A DNA stretch of 64,000 bases from Octopus bimaculoides (Eukaryota), in the NCBI RefSeq assembly GCF_001194135.2, contig NC_068981.1, forward strand, positions 191,465,024-191,529,023, written 5' to 3'. Shown piece by piece: positions 48,690 through 61,770 of this stretch. The position numbers and the translations under genes were made by a program. Every line of letters begins with the position of its first letter. Position 1 is the stretch's first letter. The notes beneath the pieces are model-generated. The model had not been told where the DNA came from. It was given only the letters and a program-made list of their open reading frames with translations, and did not search any database.

Positions 48690-49072
48690 ACCTCATTGAG
48701 GAGATGATAAGGGACTGAGACTAGTGGCAATTTGCTGTACCTGAGAAGACATGTCACGCTAAGTAAAATTGTGGCCATCTATACGTACAGGCATGTCTTT
48801 TATTGCCATGCCCCACTCCCTCTCCCAGCTGAGAGATCTTTATCTTGCTGGTGCTGGAGCCATGAAAAATGCACTTGTGCCAGTGCTGTATAAACACACT
48901 CATGCTAGTGGCACATAAAAAGCACCCAGCTCACTCTGTAAAGTGGTTGGTATTAGGAAGGGCATCTAGCTGTAGAAACCGTGCTGAAGCAGACAATTGG
49001 AGTCTCAACAGCTCTTGTCAAACTGTTCAGCTCATGCCAGCATGGAAAAGAGATGTTAAATAGTGATGATTT

Positions 49073-49130
<58 letters not shown>

Positions 49131-49610
49131 TTAACGTCTGCCTTCCGTGCTGACATGTATGAAGCATTTTAATTTACAACAGCATAGAAGGCTTGTTAGT
49201 TGTTGGTAGCTTATATTATTTTGGAAGCTTAATCTGCAGTGGAGGTTGGTGTTACAAAAGCATAGTAACCAAAGTATGGATGCAATGGAAAAAGATCGGG
49301 GGGGCAATAACCTATGTTAACAACAAAATAATTATCTAAGTGAAGGGTAGATTGATTCCTCTGTACAAATTGAGATATTACATGATAATGAGCCATGATC
49401 TTTTAATGTGAAAGATTTACTAGAGCATGATAACTGAGGCAAGCATGCTCTAATGGATGTGTATTGAGAGAAAAACTAGGCATTAAAGGTATTTGCTATA
49501 TTGTACAAGAAGAAAGGTTGAAATAGTATGTGCATAGGATGCTTATGAAAAATGATAGTCAGGGAGAAAAAGCCTGTTATTGAAAGCATTGACAGAAGTA
49601 GGTAGTTTGA
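48690..49610 (+). mobile_element. Two RTE remnants: ORF2 end plus 3' UTR (about 48690-49070) and a degenerate ORF2 C-terminal piece (about 49240-49610)
   Basis: RTE terminus ending CCAGCATGGAAAAGAGATGTTAAA. Second piece retains VKGRL, ASML.WMC, REKLGIKGI..VQE.RL-like sequence. Confidence 0.7.
49078..49126. repeat. (AC)n microsatellite; compound (GT)n/(GA)n/(GT)n at 5903-5971
   Basis: Read directly. Confidence 0.95.
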
Positions 49611-51202
49611 TCTCAGAATGAGAAATGGTGTGATGCTGTAGTAAATTTGGTCCATCTAACCCATGCCGATATGGAAAAGTAGATGTGAAAATAATGATAT
49701 TGCTGTTGCTGATGATGAATCCTGTTCAGTAGCTTCATAGCAAAATGTCTTAAATCAATGTTTGTTACAGGAGTGCAAGAAAAGAAAGTAGAAGGGTTTA
49801 TTTTAACCCTGTAATGCAAAACTACATTGTATGGGCCTTTTGGAGTTTAGCAACAACAAATCATGCAATTGTATTGAAAAGGCATTGATGTTGTATGGGC
49901 AGAGTATACCCTTTAAGGTACATATACATACACTCTGTGTGTGTTGATACATGCAAATACACATGAGGAAATTTGCTCTCCTCAAAAGAACTGGGTGGCA
50001 TTTACCCTATACTACAATTTTTGCAAAACCAGTCTGGACTGTGATGAATACTTTCATACACCAAGACTGCCACTCATCTCCAACTTTGCAGAAACCTCTT
50101 TTCTTTCAGTCCTCAACTGCAATAACATCACAGTGATCTGTATTTCTGTACACACATGATATATCCCCTCTAAATCTATCCTCTTTCACACCATCAGATC
50201 ACCACATTGAGTACATACATACCAAGTGCCAAAAAAAAACCCCTCTGGTCACCTCAAACCAACAAAGCTATCAGCCCTGACAATGTCCTTCTCATTACCC
50301 TCAAGCATTTCTCCCTCATCCCACCTAGCATGGTTGTTTGAACTGCTAAATATAGCAGCTGAATTTTCCTCAAATCACACCATACCATCTTAAAATAAGA
50401 AGGACATATTGTGTTATGCTTTGAATAATGGATGTAGTAGTTGATGTTGGAATGCCTTTGATCAGAAGTTGGCTCAATCAAGGCTGACCTGATGTGAAAC
50501 AACAATGAAATGTTGATGAAGTGAAGCAGGTTGTTTCTCAGCACCCTGGTACTTAGGGTATATACCATGCATGTATATCTCACATATACCACCAATATCC
50601 AGCATGTATAGACATGCTCAGGATAGGCTCAGGCATGGCTGTCTAGTTAGGACATTCGCTTTGTAATAGTGCTTTCTCGTTCAGACTCACTGCTTGGTAT
50701 TTTGGGACATCTTTTTACTTTAGTCTTGGATAGTACCAATATCTTGTGAACCAACTGTGTGTTGTTATTATCATCATCATTATAATCACTTAACAGCTGT
50801 TTTCCATGCTGGCATGAGTTGAATGGTTTGGCAGGAGCTGGCAAATCAGAAGACTGTGCCTAGCTATGCTGTCTGCTTTGGCATGGTTTCTACTTTACTA
50901 ATGCCAATTACTCTACAGAGTGAACTGGGTTCTTTTTATGTGGCAACAGTAAGGTCACCAACTGTGTGTGTGTGTATTTCAAATGCATTTAATATACAGA
51001 TGATAACTTATGAAGATGTCCACTTTCTTCAGGCATTTCACTTATAATATATTCAAATATTAAGTGACTCATGTTTATAATAATCTAGCCTATCCTTTTT
51101 TAGATAATGCAGCATGTATATATGAGTGGAATGTTGATCTAAGCACAAAGTCTGAAATATCTGGTGGTGTGCTACATTGAATTCTACTATTGAAAATGTA
51201 CA

Positions 51203-51397
51203 TACAGTAATCCCTCAACTATCACAGGTGTTACAGCCCAAACCCCCCTCCCCACGATAGGTGAAAATCTGCAAAGTATATTTTAAAAAATTTTTATAAT
51301 TTGTATATATTTATATTATTATAAATGCAAAACAACACCATGGAGGAATTGACATAAGCTTAAATAATTAACCGCGATATGGCCAGGGATTACTGTA
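51203..51397. mobile_element. pogo/Tigger-type MITE (195 bp)
   Basis: Perfect terminal inverted repeat TACAGTAATCCCT (51203-51215) / AGGGATTACTGTA (51385-51397): CAGT start with TA target duplication. Confidence 0.8.
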
Positions 51398-52106
51398 TAC
51401 GTGTGTGTGAGTGGGTATGTTTATATGCTTTCTCATAGACACTATCAACCAGCAAGTGATGGTGTTTATGTCCCACATTAATTGGTCTTGTTGGTCATGC
51501 AAAAGTCATGGAATAAAGTATTTTAACTAAAAGCTAAAGTACATGTTGGCATGAGAAAGAACATTCAGCCATAAAATACAATCTCAACAAGTCTCATCCA
51601 ACTCATGCAAGCATGGAAAAGGCAGTCATTAAAACAATGATATATAACTTTAAGAAGAAGAAAAAAACATTAGAGAAAAGTATCTGATATTGAAGATGAA
51701 TGGCCATAGTTGGAAGGCTTTCATCATAGGTCCACCTAATCTTAGCCTTCCTTGTATCAAACCACAACTAACCACAAATATTTCCAACCAACGAGTAATC
51801 CTCTATTTCAATGCCTATCACCAATTCACTTGTCAACCACCATCACCACCTTCATACAAGCCATACATTAAAACATCACTGGTTAAAATATTGTCATCAA
51901 GTTAACATTAGTAATGCAAGAGTTGTTAAAATTAAGCAGTCATCCTCTTTCTTCTGCATGAATGTTCATACTTCCATATATATATAATGTGTGAATTATA
52001 TGGTTCCAAATTGGTTATAAAATGTTTCAATGCAATATTTTTACTTGATAGCTTTTATTGTTAATACAATGTGCTCTCTCTGAATTCTTTTCATTTATAA
52101 CTTCAG

Positions 52107-52235
52107 GAAAAAATCAAAACAAATGAGGGAAGTACGGCGTATGGTTTGTGATTGCACAATAAACCCTGAAGATAGAGATGCCAACTTGGATGCTTGTGGA
52201 GAAGATTGTTTGAACCGGATGCTGATGATAGAATG
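52107..52235 (+). CDS. SETD2: SETD2 AWS (pre-SET) exon: (R)KKSKQMREVRRMVCDCTINPEDRDANLDACGEDCLNRMLMIE(C); gene continues beyond the window
   Basis: Acceptor TTCTTTTCATTTATAACTTCAG|G and donor TG|GTAAAT; in frame with the giant exon. Aligns by eye to human RKKNKSHRDIKRMQCECTPLSKDERAQGEIACGEDCLNRLLMIEC. I found no next exon (SSRCP..CSNRRFQ-like) in 52236-64000. Confidence 0.97.
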
Positions 52236-55200
52236 GTAAATACACAACTGGTTGACTTCACCTTTCAAAATGTATCAGCATAGAAATTTTTTTCCCCCCA
52301 TCCCTGACATTAAATGATAATTAAAAAAAAAATTCAAGCCAGAAATTACTACCATATTTGATGGCATATAAGATGTACTTCTTCCCTACCAAATCTCTCA
52401 AAAAATTGCCCCAGGTCCTATATGTAAAGTTAAGCCTCCCATAAACTTTAATGCACTAAAACTTTTTTCCTGAAATTCTGGCCATAGGTCTTTTATGCCA
52501 TCAGATACGGCGTGCGTGTGTATATTATTACATAGGTCTATCTTTGCTAAAGGTGTAAAATTAAATTTCCTGGATGCTTTTTACTTTTTTTTTTTGTATG
52601 GTAGGCTCAGTCCTTTTTTAGTGATATTTTATATATAACATTATTATTATCTTTGTTGTTTAAATTTTACCATGGTTCAGTTTTACTTCACATCTTTCAG
52701 TAATCAATAAGATTATGTTGCACTTTAGTAAAGGAGTTGATTCATTTATGGGCACTCATCTCCAAAAATATGGAACTTTGTTCTTAAAGATTTATAGATG
52801 ACCACCCTGTAGAATTGTAAGACTTGGATAGGAACTGAAAAGCTTTGGATATTTAGACAAAGGGAAATGTAGTGTCGTGGCATTGCTACTTCTCTCAAAA
52901 GTTTTGCAAAATAACTTTGTGTTGAATGAAACCACGTTACAAACTTAGCCTATCAGATGAATGACAATGATTACAAAACTGGGAAAATAATAGGTATTGG
53001 GAAGAAATATTAATAATAACAATAATGATGATGATTTCTAACATTTGCAGATGACAATTAAATCAACTGTAGATAAGTACTTAATTTATTGAACTTTAGA
53101 AGGGTGAAAAGCCTGTTTTTTTGTGGGATTTGAATCAGAACATAAATGTGACTAAATACTGTTAAATAGTCCTGTCTTTTGTCCAACACTCTTTTGAAAT
53201 CTATCATCAGTACTAATAATATAAAGTAGCCAATTTTTTTATCACTTGTCAGCAGTACCAGAAACTGGACAACATAAATTACTAGAATCTCAAAAAGATT
53301 TTTTTTTTTTAAAATTCAACAAGCAGCATAGAAAGCCTTGAATTTTTTGCTACATTGTCATGATAGAATGTCAAAGTTGTTGGCGCTGTTAGTTACGCAT
53401 CTATATATAGAACAAGAATTATAGTTTTTTTTCTTCCAAAGTCATAGAAATCTGTTTTCAGAGGAAATGGAAGTGTGACAAAATATTTTCATTTCATTAA
53501 TTGATATTTAATAAAGAAGACTAGTTTCAACCTGCAACCATAAAAACCCTATCATTCACTCAGCTTGCAAACTATGAGTAGTGGCTGCATCAGTATTCCG
53601 GGCACACATTGGCCCCCATTACAAGTGTTGGGTATTTACTGGTACTGATGGTTGCAGAGCCAGTTAAGATTATTAAACAATATCTAATTCCCTGCTTTTA
53701 CTTATGTCTTTCTAATTCTGCTAGGGTCAGTCAGTTGTATTTTAATGATCCTTCTGACATCAGTAGAATAACTTCTAGTGATTGATTTAATTTATATTGT
53801 GTTTGTTTGTAAAAAAAAGGACTTGTCTCAACAAAAGAATCTGAAATATTCTTTTAAAATAATGACATAAGTGGGTGGTTCTTAATTTTTTTCCCCACAA
53901 TTCAAAAAAATATAATTTTAGTTTGATAGTGTTTGATAATTATGAATGGGTAAGAAAGTAACCTAAAAAAAAGTAATAACTTTTATTTTTCCTTATACAG
54001 ACACATTCCTTTCTCATTAATATGGGAAAGGTTCTATAAATTTTTCTTTTCATTTTCTTCAAAACTATTTAAAAGGATTATTTTTCTTCCCTTTTATGCT
54101 TGCATTGAAACAGAATTTCTTAGAAAATTTCATTTGAGTATATGGTCAAAAAGTTTGATTTGAGGAGGAAAAAGAAACATTATTGTTGCTGGAATATTTA
54201 AATTTCTGTGAATGTCTATTTATTTTGGTTGTATGATATTTTTTTTAATGATTTTGTTATTTTTTTAAAAATTACTCGTACATAATATAAGTGAGTGTAG
54301 ATTTGAATAATTATGGGTATTAGTTGAATGTGCACCAAATGCTGATAAGTTACCATTTGTATAGCATTATATTACTAAAGATAATCTTTACAAATACAGA
54401 AATACGTTTTTTTATTGAAGGCAGTTCTTTGTTCCCTTCAATTTAGAACATTTTACAGCTATCATTTATGCATAGTATTGGTTTATCAAAAAATTCATGA
54501 GAGAACACAGTATTTCAAAATTTACACCCTGCAATTTTTATCCAATATCTTCACTCTTGCTGATTTGCTGTTCACCAACAACCAAGAAGGAACAAAAGCA
54601 GATATCTCACAGCGACAGGAGAAAGGTCTACTTAAATTGTTACCATAAGGTAATCTGTTACTGGACAATGTTTTTTTTTTCTATTTTCTGCAGGCAGACG
54701 ATACATCTTTGTTACACTGCTAAACAGGCCACATCTTGGACATTACATAATGCTACAGTTGCATGGCTGGTCTGTTGCGTGCGCTGATCTGGAACCAATG
54801 CACATCATGAACAGCTTGAAGGCATTTCCATCTGCAGCTACTGTGGCTGTGCTGTATCTGAAAAGAACATCTTCATCTTCCTCCGACTAGTGAGTGATAA
54901 AAAGATAATGATGACCGAGCATTTAGCTACTATTCTTTTACACAACCGTCTATACAAACAATTTCATCAGCTATTGGTGGTGCACATTTAACAAAAACTA
55001 TTACAAATGCATGCCTTAAAACATGTTTTAAATGCAAGCCTTAACCTTTCTGTTGGTGGGTTATCGAATTGATTGAAACATCTTCATAAAATATTAGCTC
55101 TCAATCTATAAATTAATACAGATTACATTCAGATTTCTTTTCACAATTTCTGTAATACTTCAATTATAATTCTTTGATCCACCACGTCAAAGGTAAAGGC

Positions 55201-57239
55201 TTGTATTGTTAAGTTTACAAACTAAGGAATAACAAGGATTTTTTTTCTTATCTAGTTAAAATTTAACACACTGACTTAAATACAGCTACAATGATGTTTT
55301 TTTTTTCTTTATTGTGTCTGTATGTGTTTTTTTTTAATGAATATTATCTAATAATATACTTTTGTCTTCAGCTGGATTAGATGACACTGAAAACTGTTAA
55401 TTACTCCTAATTAAAAAGAAAAATTTACTTACATTTAGAAATCTACTTACATTTAGAACAGTGTATTACTTTCATACTACAAATAATTTATTATTATATT
55501 ACTCATTTCGAATTTTTCATAGTTTTAAAGAATCAAGACTGAAAGCTTGATAAATTATTGAATGATGATTGTTGATAGCTTTGATCTATTATTCAGATAG
55601 GAATCTTACCTCAACCTCTCTTTAGAATTTGTTTTCTACACCATAACAGATTGTCATTGAAAATTAAGTCTAAACATTACACTTACATCACTAATTAACA
55701 TCAACAGATAGCAAATATATACATTGTTTGATAGGAAAGTTACTTTGTATACACACTGAATAGCATTTACCAGCTAGACTACAAGTTGGAATTCCAGAAT
55801 AACCTCATTTAATACTTAGATAAATGTACTTCTTTCTTTCTGTATCAACATCAGGAGGCTATTTTATTTTTTCTCACACATTATCATATGGTCATTAGAT
55901 TGTTCATTTTCCATGCTAGCAAGGTTTAGATGAATATATCATTGAGGCATTGTTTTGCAAGTGGATACCTTTCCTGTTGTTAACCCTTATCTGTTTTGCA
56001 AGTAAAGGATCTCTTATTCCATATGTCTTCAAAGGTGCAAAGCAACAAACCATCTGCTAATTGGTTTGTTGACAGGGAAAAGTACAACATCACTGCTTAT
56101 AGTTTTTGATATTTAGAGAAATACAAATGTAAATAAGCTCATGAACACATGCACACATTCGCATACATGCATATGATGAGCTTCTTTCACTTTCTGTCTG
56201 TCAAATTCACCCACATGTAGACAACATTTGTCCAAGGTTCTGTGTAGTGGAACTGAACTTGAAACCGCATGGAAAGAGAACTACTTGGACAGTATGGTCA
56301 TGCCTGTGGTTTATGGTTGTGTGACTACATTCTGAAATGATACTAAAAGCTCCCTGCATGAAGCGGTCTTAGATAATCTTTTTGATGACAGTGATGTTTG
56401 TGAAAATGTTCACTAAGCTTTTCAGTGTTTTGAAATAAGAACTTAGTTACCATCCCATGTTCCTTCACAGTTATCATTGAACCTCCATAGCAGCCCTAAT
56501 TAAACAGACATATATTCAGAGGCTTTTCAGTTATGATCATCCTGACATTTTTCTCAGACACACCACACCTGGGGTCACATTATTCAATCTATTCTTTAGC
56601 TGCTGTCCCTCATTCTTCTTCACAATACTATACTCTCAATTTGGTGGAGGATGTGGTGCTTCAGAAAAAAATGTGCATATGCTGCTGGGCTCTCTTTATC
56701 AAGGGCCAGTGTTGGTATATTATGTGAGGTCCAACAAAATTGAAGTTATGCAGTATCTCTAAACTTGCTGTAACACACTACATAAGTAAAATATAGATAC
56801 AGAAAAGCTAACATGGTTGCTTAATTGATAGATTAAGGTTGATGATCAGAAAATTTAAGACCCACTATTTTAATGAAATGCTTGGGATCAGAACTTGAGT
56901 ATTTGGAATTAATACAGAACTGAAATCAGTAAACTGCATTTTCAGCGTCGCCTTACTGGCACTTGTGCTGGTGGCACGTGAACAAAACATTCGATCGAGG
57001 TCATTGCCAGTGCCGCTGGACAGACTGACATTCCTCACTTTTAAATAGGTTGCTGCCTAGTGAAAGGCATTTAAAAGTGCGTCCTTTAAGGACCTACTCA
57101 CATCAGCAAACTGGTGCAAACACTGAGCTTACATATATTTTCAATACTTAACCAACCAAAGCATTTTACATTAGTTTGAACATATTCAAGCTATCTTGGG
57201 AATATAATTAGTCCCCATTTGAAATGTAACTTGTCTTTA

Positions 57240-59450
57240 TCTCAGAACTATAAATAGTCCTCATCGTAGAAATATAGTTTTCACCCTAGAAATATAGATA
57301 GTCCACATTTCTCTAAAATAGTCCTTATCTCACTAATATAGTTCTCATTTCTGGAATTTAGTGAATCTCTGTCTCAGAAACTATAGATATAGTCTTCATC
57401 TCAGAAATGTAGTTAGTCATCTTTTCAGATATTTTGCCCTTCTCATATGAATATATTTAGTCACCATCTCACACACATAATAATTAGTCTTCATCCCTAA
57501 AATATTGTTAAACTTCTTCTCAGAAATATTGTTGTCCTCATTTTAGAAACATATATTGTCCCAATCTCAGTAATCTAGATAATATAGTTAGTCTTTATTT
57601 CACAAATGTATATTTAGTTCTCTCAGCCATATAAGTTTGTCCTTTTCTTAGAAATATAGTTAGTTCACCTGTCAGATATACAGTTGGCCCTTCTCTCAGA
57701 ATTATAGTTTGTTCTTCTCTTAGAAATATAGTTAGCCATTCATTCAGAAACTTAGTTAGCCGTTCTCTGAAATATAGCTATACTTTCTCTCAGAAATATA
57801 ATTCTCTTAGAAATACAGTTAGTCCTTCTTTCAGAAATACAGTCAGTCCTTCTCTCAGAAATACACTTAGTCCATCTCTCAGAAATACACTTAGTCCATC
57901 TCTCAGAAATACAGTTAGTTCTTCTCTCAGAAATACAGTTAGTCCATCTCTCAGAAATACACTTAGTCCATCTCTCAGAAATACACTTAGTCCATCTCTC
58001 AGAAATACACTTAGTCCTTCTCTCAGAAATACAGTTAGTCCATCTCTCNNNNNNNNNNNNNNNNNNNNNNNNNNNNNNNNNNNNNNNNNNNNNNNNNNNN
58101 NNNNNNNNNNNNNNNNNNNNNNNNNNNNNNNNNNNNNNNNNNNNNNNNNNNNNNNNNNNNNNNNNNNNNNNNNNNNNNNNNNNNNNNNNNNNNNNNNNNN
58201 NNNNNNNNNNNNNNNNNNNNNNNNNNNNNNNNNNNNNNNNNNNNNNNNNNNNNNNNNNNNNNNNNNNNNNNNNNNNNNNNNNNNNNNNNNNNNNNNNNNN
58301 NNNNNNNNNNNNNNNNNNNNNNNNNNNNNNNNNNNNNNNNNNNNNNNNNNNNNNNNNNNNNNNNNNNNNNNNNNNNNNNNNNNNNNNNNNNNNNNNNNNN
58401 NNNNNNNNNNNNNNNNNNNNNNNNNNNNNNNNNNNNNNNNNNNNNNNNNNNNNNNNNNNNNNNNNNNNNNNNNNNNNNNNNNNNNNNNNNNNNNNNNNNN
58501 NNNNNNNNNNNNNNNNNNNNNNNNNNNNNNNNNNNNNNNNNNNNNNNNNNNNNNNNNNNNNNNNNNNNNNNNNNNNNNNNNNNNNNNNNNNNNNNNNNNN
58601 NNNNNNNNNNNNNNNNNNNNNNNNNNNNNNNNNNNNNNNNNNNNNNNNNNNNNNNNNNNNNNNNNNNNNNNNNNNNNNNNNNNNNNNNNNNNNNNNNNNN
58701 NNNNNNNNNNNNNNNNNNNNNNNNNNNNNNNNNNNNNNNNNTCAGAAATACAGTCAGTCCTTCTCTCAGAAATACACTTAGTCCATCTCTCAGAAATACA
58801 GTTCATCCTTCTCTCAGAAATACAGTTAGTCCATCTCTCAGAAATACAGTTCATCCTTCTTTCAGAAATACAGTTAGTCCATCTCTCAAAAATACAGTTA
58901 GTCCTTCTCTCAGAAATACAGTCAGTCCTTCTCTCAGAANNNNNNNNNNNNNNNNNNNNNNNNNNNNNNNNNNNNNNNNNNNNNNNNNNNNNNNNNNNNN
59001 NNNNNNNNNNNNNNNNNNNNNNNNNNNNNNNNNNNNNNNCTCTCAGAAATACATTTAGTCCTCCTCTCAGAAATATAGTTAATTATTCTCTTAGAAGTGT
59101 AGAATATCTATGGTCAGTGCACACTTTTGGAAACATGAGCATAAGTTTTTATGAATAAGGAAATAAACTGGTAATATATGTTGGTAAATAGTGACAGTAA
59201 GGTGGAAACTATGATGGAAATAGTGACATTTAGAAATTTGGGTAAGTTGTGGGAAGAAGAGAACACAGACATTTTGGAATTGACACTTTAACATCTGAAA
59301 AATATAGTTAGTTCTCATTTCTGAAACAGATTGTCCCAATTTCAGTAATGCCGTTACTTAGTTAATCTTCATTTCAAAAATACACATAGTTAGTTCACAT
59401 ATCAGATATAAAATTAGTCTACATGTAAGAAATGTAATTAGTCCTCATTT
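57240..59450. repeat. 24-bp minisatellite, unit CTCAGAAATACAGTTAGTCC(A/T)TCT, with homogeneous core about 57800-59075 (two N gaps) and degenerate flanks
   Basis: Unit read directly from the sequence; the 8-codon periodicity shows in the ORF track (FLRDGLSV). True length unknown because of the gaps. Confidence 0.95.
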
Positions 59451-60049
59451 CATTTTGTTGGTTCTTTTGGAAATCTAGTGAAAATATACTTGGTTCATGT
59501 TGATTCATTTGAAATTAGATCCTTTTGTGTGAGGGGTATTGTCCTCTTTGTGTCTTTGAAGAAGGATTTTGATTAGAGGGTCTCTTTAATCTCTGAAGTA
59601 GAGCCTCTTTTTCTCAGACAGGCCTTTTTATTGTTGTTTTCATTGCAATGAATGTTTTTTATCTGGCAGCGCTGCTAACTTGAGAGGCAGTTCCAACATG
59701 GAGTAACAGGCCTGTGTTTGGCTATCTTTACTATCTCATGTCTATGATCTAGTGATTAGACTGTTCAGTTCACAACTACAAGGTCATAGGTTCGATTTGT
59801 GAACCAAGCAGCACATTGTGTGCTTGAGCAAGGCACTTCATTTTATACTACTTCAATCTACTCAGCTAAAAATGCATATCAGCCAAGTGCTAGTGCAGTC
59901 CTCTCTCTCCTATCTATCATATATTCAATTGTTCTGTCGGTTTATGGGTAAGAAGGCCAAGAGGATGTTTATGTTTGCTCATGGATATATTGGTACGTAA
60001 AAACAATCTGTATGAGCATGATTATACTATCAAGCTATACCTGCTGATA

Positions 60050-60560
60050 AGCAGGAAGAAGTGTCTGGAGAGAGCCCTTGCATCTACACAAGGAGTTTGC
60101 AACTATCGAAAGACATAATTATGAATTTGATTGTTTCTCAAATATAGAATTTCATAATAAAAGGCAGGCAAAAGATTGTTAATAGAGTGTTGACTTAAAA
60201 GGTGGTAGTAAATAATTTGAAAGGTGAAGTATAGATGGCATTTAAAGGATCATGGGAAAGAACAAAGGTTTGTGAATGGCTTTAAGTTCTCTATTAGAAG
60301 TTTTCCACAAAAAGCAGGTGGTTTTTCTCAAAGTTGTGTTAGATTTTTCATTGGCGAAATCCATTCCTTATTATTTGTCAGAGACATCTTTGAATATCTG
60401 TTGGGGGAAGATATTATGAAGCATTTTCAGTCTACTGGATACAGTGGTATTATTCTATTTTATTTTGGATCTAGTTAATGATATCAAAAGAGCTGTTTTG
60501 TTGTTGGGATATCCTTGTTTGAGTTAGGTTCTATATAAACATTACCTATAGTTAATTTTG
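60050..60560 (-). mobile_element. Degenerate Penelope-like fragment (GIY-YIG region)
   Basis: Minus strand TTCTATATTTGAGAAACA = FYI*ET (one substitution from the YIGET half-motif), within a decayed coding-like stretch with many stops. Confidence 0.4.
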
Positions 60561-60579
60561 GTTTTGTACTTTTACTGTA

Positions 60580-60916
60580 TTTTATCTTTTACTTATTTCA
60601 ATAATTGGACTGCTGGAACACTGCCTTGAAGGGTTTAGTCAAACAAATTGTACTTATTTTATCAGTATTTTTTGCTAAACTGGTAAGTTACTGGGACATT
60701 ATCCAACACCAGTTATCAAGTGGTAGGGGTATCAAACACAAAGCCACACATACACATATACAACAGGCTTCCACACAATTTCCATCTACCAAATTCACTC
60801 GCAAAACATTGTTTGGCCCAGGGCTACAGTAGAAGAAACTTGCCCAAGGTGTGCTGCACTGTTGGACTGTTTCCAGAACAATGTTGTTGGGAAGCAAGCT
60901 TCTTAACCACACAGCC
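60580..60916 (-). mobile_element. tRNA-derived SINE, same family as 9388; other copies or fragments at about 842-1050 (-), 2270-2432 (-), 2750-2885 (+), 62005-62373 (-)
   Basis: Reverse-complement head (AAGCAAGCTTCTTAACCACACAGCC), central ACCAAATTCACTC-CAA, tail CTTTTACTT-TTTCA. Confidence 0.8.
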
Positions 60917-61289
60917 AAAGTCAAGTGTTTAAATTGGTTTTGTTTCTTGCAAAAGAGACATATTAATCCCGTTTTGGTCTGGATTGCAATCATCTGCTAA
61001 TTCTTCTTTGTATTACTTTTACCAAAACTACGTGCAATATGTAACAGTTCCACTATACTGTTATATTTCTGCAAAAACAGTTTTCGTGAAAAATAAACAG
61101 ATGAAGTAAAATGAAAAGCAATTCTAACAACTGGCATTCTCATTAGTTAGTCTAATGAAACTTGATTCATGTTTTGTGTTGGTAAATTCACACAAACTAG
61201 ATATGGAGTTAAAAGAATTGTAAATTAAAAAAATCAGCGTGAAATCACTATTGCAGAATGAAATTGAACTTTTTTCTCTGCACATTTAT

Positions 61290-61770
61290 CTGAAGCAGCT
61301 TCACATGGGCTGTGTTTAAGCATCTCTGACCTGGCATGTATATAGGAACTTTACCTTAATGTCGACCTTTGTGCTGATCTTTTACACTTGTTATACAAGA
61401 TTGTCCTTTTTTTTTTTCCTATTAATCACAAGAAATGTGTCCTTGTCGTTTCTTGTGATCAGCAAAGAGTAAATCTCTAGTCGGCAATTTTGTTGTTTTT
61501 CAGTCAATTCAGGAGGCGCCCATTTGTTGAACTTCTTCACCTTGGCCGATTACATCACGATACCGGGAAGCAGTTGCAATGCTATGCCAAGCACTTCTGT
61601 AATTTCTCGTACCATTTTTCTTGGATCGGCTTCAAGTAAGGTTTTCAGATAATAAGGCTGTCATTACACCAGTTGAATGGACATTTACTACATTCTTTAT
61701 ATTCAAGGCCTACCTCTCCAGAAGGAAACATTCAAATCGGCATTTTACTGTGAGTCTATTAGCAGTGTTC
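61290..61770 (-). pseudogene. Old mariner transposase remnant
   Basis: Minus translation LEADPRKMVREITEVLGIA...KVKKFNKWAPPELTEKQQNCRLEIYSLLITRND..FL, matching mariner EADPRQTTRELAEELGVS..KVKKLDKWVPHELTE.QK..R. No TIRs found. Confidence 0.8.

Noticed and set aside
43030-52235. SETMAR-like SET-mariner fusion gene
   Set aside because: The mariner is antisense to SETD2, upstream of the SET domain, has a premature stop and lacks the catalytic core; no splice path links them.
61507-61635. Plus-strand exon-like segment (TTGTTTTTCAG|...AAG-TAAG) as the next SETD2 exon
   Set aside because: Translation (CQFRRRPFVELL...) does not resemble the expected CSSRCP..CSNRRFQ; it is the antisense strand of a mariner remnant.
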